A stretch of DNA of 20,000 nucleotides from an uncultured virus (IMG/VR IMGVR_UViG_3300009418_000017) (taxonomy: Duplodnaviria > Heunggongvirae > Uroviricota > Caudoviricetes), in the IMG/VR virus record IMGVR_UViG_3300009418_000017. One strand, given 5' to 3'. The notes below the pieces were generated by a model. It was not told the DNA's origin. It did no database searches and worked only from the letters and a program-made list of their open reading frames with translations. Position 1 is the first letter of the stretch; each line of letters opens with the position of its first letter. Below, one piece after another: positions 16,313 through 20,000 of the stretch. Made by a program: the position numbers and the translations under genes.

Positions 16313-17419
16313 TTAACCCCAAATTCGTTGAGCAAACTCTTCACACATTGCAGCGTCTCTACCTGGCAGTCGATTGCTAAAGGCTAGTCGTGCACCTTCA
16401 GCCATGTCACCAAGATCGATACCGTTCTGAGCAATGTTGAGAATTACCCGGACGCCGCCTATCGTGTTTGAGATTTTACCTTTCTTAAAAGAGTTTCTGA
16501 CCATGCCGACATACTCCATGATGCTTTTAGCTAGAGATTCGTCCGCATCGGTCTTCTTCATGAGGATCTCGTTTTCCACCTCTTCCCCTAACCCTTCTAG
16601 GTGGTAGACGATTCCAAAGCGCTCCATGTTTGCTGCATTCTGAAGCTTAGCCCCTTGAAACAAGCCGCTCTCATCACCTGCACCGTTCGTGTTTCCGGTT
16701 GCGAAGAATCGAAAGTCTTTGTGTGGGTGAACAATGTTGTTCCCGTTATTAGGGCCTCGAATGACTAAAGGCTTTCCTTCAAGCACAGCCTGATAGTTTG
16801 CCGCAACACTTGGTTGAGCAAAGTCATATTCATCAGCTATGTAAATCCAACCTTTCGTCATGGCCATAGCAAGCAAACCCTCAGCGTAATAGCTGCCTTC
16901 TTTATTGACTCGCTCTGTACCGAGAATCTCCCAGTCTTCTATCTGACCTGAATGTTGAACGCGAATGGCCGGCTTGTTATTTCTGGCGGCGAACTGCTCT
17001 ATTAAGCTCGTTTTGCCGTTTCCAGGCATACCGAACACATAGACTGGTACGTTTCGCTCGTAACCCATTCTGATGATGTTGTCGGCTTTTTTGGGTATGA
17101 CGTAGTTATCGTCAATGGCGGGAATTCCGCTATTTGCATCTTCTTTCATGACCGGCTCCGGTTTTTGCTTTTGCTGAATGTCGTCTTTAACGTCTCTGCC
17201 TATTTTCTTGGCGATGGACTTGTACGCTTTCTCCGTGTAAAGCGATGCGCCTGGAAACAATTGCGCATATTGCTTTTCAGCTTCAAATGCGTCATTGCTA
17301 TCGATATGAGACCTGCTGCACTCTTTCAAGTGCTTAATTACCGCCTCACAGTTCTCACCGCAAAACTGACAGGTGACAGTCTTCGACACGTTGTCCTGTG
17401 TTAGTAATTCAAATGTCAT
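16313..17419 (-). CDS. CobS-like MoxR-family AAA+ ATPase with N-terminal Zn finger
   Basis: CQFC...HLKEC..H; Walker A GMPGNGKT; Walker B YIADEYD; FRFFATGNTNGAGD; NAANMERF Arg finger. Confidence 0.9.
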   Translation of the reverse strand: MTFELLTQDNVSKTVTCQFCGENCEAVIKHLKECSRSHIDSNDAFEAEKQYAQLFPGASLYTEKAYKSIAKKIGRDVKDDIQQKQKPEPVMKEDANSGIPAIDDNYVIPKKADNIIRMGYERNVPVYVFGMPGNGKTSLIEQFAARNNKPAIRVQHSGQIEDWEILGTERVNKEGSYYAEGLLAMAMTKGWIYIADEYDFAQPSVAANYQAVLEGKPLVIRGPNNGNNIVHPHKDFRFFATGNTNGAGDESGLFQGAKLQNAANMERFGIVYHLEGLGEEVENEILMKKTDADESLAKSIMEYVGMVRNSFKKGKISNTIGGVRVILNIAQNGIDLGDMAEGARLAFSNRLPGRDAAMCEEFAQRIWG

Positions 17420-17451
17420 TTTACCGCGCTCGTATTGCTGAATGTGTTCTT

Positions 17452-17480
17452 ATAGTATGACAGTGCTGAGATATATTCAA
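17452..17480 (-). promoter_or_regulatory. Sigma70-type promoter for the AAA-hypothetical-dnaE genes
   Basis: TTGAAT (17480-17475), 17 bp, TACTAT (17457-17452). Confidence 0.6.
17455..17474. promoter_or_regulatory. Palindromic operator-like site
   Basis: GTATGA-cagtgctg-AGATAT, filling the promoter spacer; inner CAG/CTG symmetry. Confidence 0.55.
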
Positions 17481-17492
17481 CTCGCCAAAAGA

Positions 17493-19259
17493 CTATTTTT
17501 CCATCGAATTGAACAGCTCCAGAAGCTTCTCGGTCATATCGTTGGCGTCTTCTGACACCGTATGATGGTCAAAGAATACTCCTGCATGGTTGGTTCCGAC
17601 CCCCAAACTGCACATTAAAATTTTTCTACGCCACTTATTAATTTTTTTCTTCAAGTCTTCTTCAAACAAATGATAGCTTTCACTTTTACCGCTCATGGCT
17701 TCCGGCATACCGTCACTGATCACAAAAAGCATCTTTTTGGACTCAGGTCGGTCTATCAACATTTTGCAGCAAATATCCACCGCTTCACCGTCCACATTGT
17801 CCTGGTATATCTCCGGATAAGTGGCCATGTCGAACTTGTTTATATTGGTCATTTCAGACCAATTCTTAATAGTTGGCATAAGAAGTGGCTGAATTCTGAC
17901 GTAGTCTTGGGCCATTTCTAAGTCCAGATAGTGAATGTAGTTTATTGGTATGCCACCTTTATTCACACAATTGGCCGTTGTATGCCCCATGACCTTACAA
18001 GTCACACCAACCTTATCCATCACACTCGAAAGAGAATAAGCGGCCTTCATCGCCTCTACATGGCGATTTTGCTCTATCATTGAGTAGCTCATATCAATCA
18101 GTATGATTGCAGCGGCGCTCTTGTCTTCTTTATCGCTTCTTTTTCTGAAGATCCGGTCGTCACCGAGTGCAAAGCGACTTATCTTCTTGGGATCGATAAC
18201 ACCAGAAACATGACCACTGTCCCAACCCGAGTTCGTCTTGCCTATTATTTTTCTTTCAATGGCATTCATCAGCTGAGCTCTACCGCTCTCAACTTCGATT
18301 TTCTCAAAGTCACCAGGCAAAGTGTTGTGCTCTTGAATGACGTCCAGGATTGGCACCCCTATCATGTCGTATGAGCGCGACATCACAGAATACTCTTCAT
18401 CGTCATCCTCATCAGACTGGTTCAACTCCATTTCTATTGCTTCACCAATGTCGCCGTTTCCAGGCTGCTCAAACTTGTCAGCCGGGCTTTCTTCTGACTC
18501 ACCCTGCTCATCATCTTCTTCCGGCTTCGAGTCGTCATTTTGGTCACCATCGTCCTGCTCTGGATCTTCATCGTCGCCAGAGTTTTCAACCTCATCGTCC
18601 TCTTCTTCGTCAGAGTAGAGTTCGCTCAGTATCTCTGATATACGGGAGGCCTGTTCACAGCCCTGCTTAGAGTTTTCTATTTGCTGACCGCCGAATTCAC
18701 TTGCTATCTGGTCGATCACTCTTGGGCAAGCAACTTTGAATTCGTCCATAAACTCAGAGTGTCCGGGTACACCGTATATGGCTCTCAAAAAGGTAGGCGC
18801 CGCCGAAACGAAATTGTTAACCTGGTCCTGGATACTTTGAGGGTTTTTGAAGTCATTCTGATAATCCGACCAAAGCTTTTGCTCAAAAACAGCAACAAGG
18901 TTTTTCGCTGAACCTTTCCAACGCTTTATCCGTTTTTGCTCGATATGACAGTCTTCAACAATCTGCCCCACGAACAGTGCCACCTGCGAATCTGCAAACT
19001 TGACCTTGTACTCTTCGCGTCTATCAATGTCTGTGTACTCAACATGGCTCACCTCGTGATCGACATAGCCGTTGTAGAGTCGCAAAGTTTTTTCATCCAG
19101 ATCATCTTTTGGCTCTGGCAGTATCAAGGTTTCAGGTCTCCCATCCACCCCGTACTCCAAACCTGCAGATTTACCGGCTACCAAAACACTGATCTTGTCT
19201 TCAACCAGGCTTTCAGCCAAGTCAGCGATGTAGCTATTAAAGCGCTGCATATATCTCAT
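17493..19259 (-). CDS. CobT-like protein: N-terminal HExxH domain, acidic linker, C-terminal vWA (MIDAS) domain; start 19259 or 19250
   Basis: VDHEVSHVEYTD..VEDCHIE; D/E-rich linker at about 18390-18615; LIDMSYSM (DxSxS) and VISDGMP; paired with the AAA+ gene. Confidence 0.88.
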   Translation of the reverse strand: MRYMQRFNSYIADLAESLVEDKISVLVAGKSAGLEYGVDGRPETLILPEPKDDLDEKTLRLYNGYVDHEVSHVEYTDIDRREEYKVKFADSQVALFVGQIVEDCHIEQKRIKRWKGSAKNLVAVFEQKLWSDYQNDFKNPQSIQDQVNNFVSAAPTFLRAIYGVPGHSEFMDEFKVACPRVIDQIASEFGGQQIENSKQGCEQASRISEILSELYSDEEEDDEVENSGDDEDPEQDDGDQNDDSKPEEDDEQGESEESPADKFEQPGNGDIGEAIEMELNQSDEDDDEEYSVMSRSYDMIGVPILDVIQEHNTLPGDFEKIEVESGRAQLMNAIERKIIGKTNSGWDSGHVSGVIDPKKISRFALGDDRIFRKRSDKEDKSAAAIILIDMSYSMIEQNRHVEAMKAAYSLSSVMDKVGVTCKVMGHTTANCVNKGGIPINYIHYLDLEMAQDYVRIQPLLMPTIKNWSEMTNINKFDMATYPEIYQDNVDGEAVDICCKMLIDRPESKKMLFVISDGMPEAMSGKSESYHLFEEDLKKKINKWRRKILMCSLGVGTNHAGVFFDHHTVSEDANDMTEKLLELFNSMEK

Positions 19260-19270
19260 TCCTTAAATAG
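19251..19270. promoter_or_regulatory. Palindromic operator-like site
   Basis: ATATCT-cattcctt-AAATAG, covering the RBS/start of the vWA gene. Confidence 0.55.
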
Positions 19271-19275
19271 TGCTT

Positions 19276-19306
19276 CAAAACGAAAAGAGACCGCAAAGCG
19301 GCCTCT
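19276..19306 (-). terminator. Rho-independent terminator after the HTH gene
   Basis: Minus strand AGAGGCCGC-TTT-GCGGTCTCT then TTTCGTTTT; the G-U pair forms only on the minus-strand transcript. Confidence 0.8.
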
Positions 19307-19324
19307 AGTCATGAATTTGTTTTA

Positions 19325-19738
19325 TCAGTAGTTGTTGAGAAACTCTTCGAGTTTTTCCATAAACTCGCTGTCGATATCTCCAACCGGAATTCTATCTTTG
19401 ATAGTGTCCAGTATAGCTCTATCACCTTCGTCAACGACTACACCGCAACGTTGCAAAATATCGTAACGTTCTTTATCCCACGTTTTAAAAACAAGCGTTG
19501 CAAGCTTGAATTTATCGAGGCCGTGAACGTTTTTAGCAAGTGCTTCAACTTTATTCATTGGTAAAACAACACTGCCTTTCTTCGCCATAGAAAGGTTGTT
19601 TTGGTTTCTATAACCAATCAGTCGAGCAATCTCACCAACTGACTTGCCACTGTGTTCAATCGGGCCCTCAATGTAATCTGCTATTGCTTGAGCGCGACGA
19701 GGCTCTTTCTCTTCAGCTAAACTAATTTGTTGTGCCAT
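19325..19738 (-). CDS. XRE/Cro-CI-like HTH transcriptional regulator
   Basis: KSVGEIARLIGYRNQNNLSMAKKGSVVLPMNKVEALAK HTH pattern; GGAG RBS; own promoter and terminator. Confidence 0.82.
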   Translation of the reverse strand: MAQQISLAEEKEPRRAQAIADYIEGPIEHSGKSVGEIARLIGYRNQNNLSMAKKGSVVLPMNKVEALAKNVHGLDKFKLATLVFKTWDKERYDILQRCGVVVDEGDRAILDTIKDRIPVGDIDSEFMEKLEEFLNNY

Positions 19739-19817
19739 AACGTTTCTCCAAAAACTGTTTACCAGTACATCCGTTTACCTGGTCTTTTTTTTAAAATCTC
19801 AATTCGAGACAACTTGA

Positions 19818-19845
19818 AGTATAAGACTTGTTGTATTTGTGTCAA
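19818..19845 (-). promoter_or_regulatory. Near-consensus sigma70 promoter for the HTH gene
   Basis: TTGACA (19845-19840), 16 bp, TATACT (19823-19818). Confidence 0.7.
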
Positions 19846-19852
19846 TAGATAT
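19833..19852. promoter_or_regulatory. Palindromic operator-like site over the HTH promoter -35
   Basis: GTATTT-gtgtcaat-AGATAT; the TTGACA hexamer lies within its spacer. Confidence 0.62.
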
Positions 19853-19891
19853 AAATGACTAATCTCAACTTTTATTCCTAACTGAGTAAAA

Positions 19892-19911
19892 GTATCTAAG
19901 TTAAGAAAAAC
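19892..19911. promoter_or_regulatory. Palindromic operator-like site (degenerate)
   Basis: GTATCT-aagttaag-AAAAAC. Confidence 0.4.
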
Positions 19912-19968
19912 TTATTACTCACGCTTTCTATTTTTGGATTAACTAGCTCTTAAACAGTAGTTATTGTT

Positions 19969-19999
19969 AAAGACATTGAAAGACATTAAAAGAACATTA
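19969..19999 (+). repeat. Short tandem direct repeat, about 10-bp unit, three copies, at the window edge
   Basis: AAAGACATTG AAAGACATTA AAAGAACATTA. Confidence 0.55.
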
Positions 20000-20000
20000 C

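Larger units (their letters stand above)
1..20000 (-). mobile_element. Segment of a large phage or phage-plasmid (replication/recombination module)
   Basis: dnaE, recA, sbcCD, nrdAB, gp32-like SSB, flap nuclease, resolvase and CobST-like genes in one co-oriented cluster, an arrangement not typical of bacterial chromosomes. No structural genes in the window. Confidence 0.85.

Noticed and set aside
16313..19259. Cobalamin biosynthesis (cobaltochelatase CobST) annotation
   Set aside because: No cobN or other cob genes in the window, the RNR is B12-independent class Ia, and the context is phage replication.
1092..19331. Remaining short plus-strand and nested ORFs in the track
   Set aside because: All lie largely within well-supported minus-strand genes and show no recognisable motifs.
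19755..19770. Possible LexA box CTGTTTACCAGTACAT in the HTH leader
   Set aside because: Lacks the invariant terminal G of CTGT-N8-ACAG and has a non-AT-rich spacer; too weak to call.
1..20000. CRISPR array, tRNA, rRNA or IS element
   Set aside because: No regularly spaced repeats, cloverleaf or transposase seen; internal intergenic gaps are all under 100 bp.

Overview
A gene-dense window with every credible gene on the minus strand. It is the DNA replication, recombination and nucleotide-metabolism module of a large phage or phage-plasmid; the gene set resembles SSU5/pHCM2-type elements (inferred from content, not searched). In transcription order (right to left): XRE-type HTH regulator, CobT-like vWA protein, CobS-like AAA+ ATPase, Cys-rich protein, DnaE with a C-terminal UDG-like domain, UvsY-like protein, gp32-like SSB, 5'-3' exonuclease, RecA, Cys/ASCH-like protein, SbcD, SbcC, two hypotheticals, RuvC-like nuclease, membrane protein, NrdA, thioredoxin-like protein, and NrdB (cut by the left edge). 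Highlights: (1) NrdA lacks its C-terminal redox CxxC tail, while the adjacent thioredoxin ends in a typical NrdA tail (...EEIACEACQ), suggesting the shuttle arm acts in trans; (2) a 20-bp palindrome RTATYT-N8-ARATAY recurs at eight sites in or next to intergenic gaps, overlapping promoters including that of the HTH gene; (3) two NrdR-like boxes 32 bp apart precede nrdA; (4) DnaE has a degenerate PHP domain and a degenerate UDG domain in place of the usual C-terminus.
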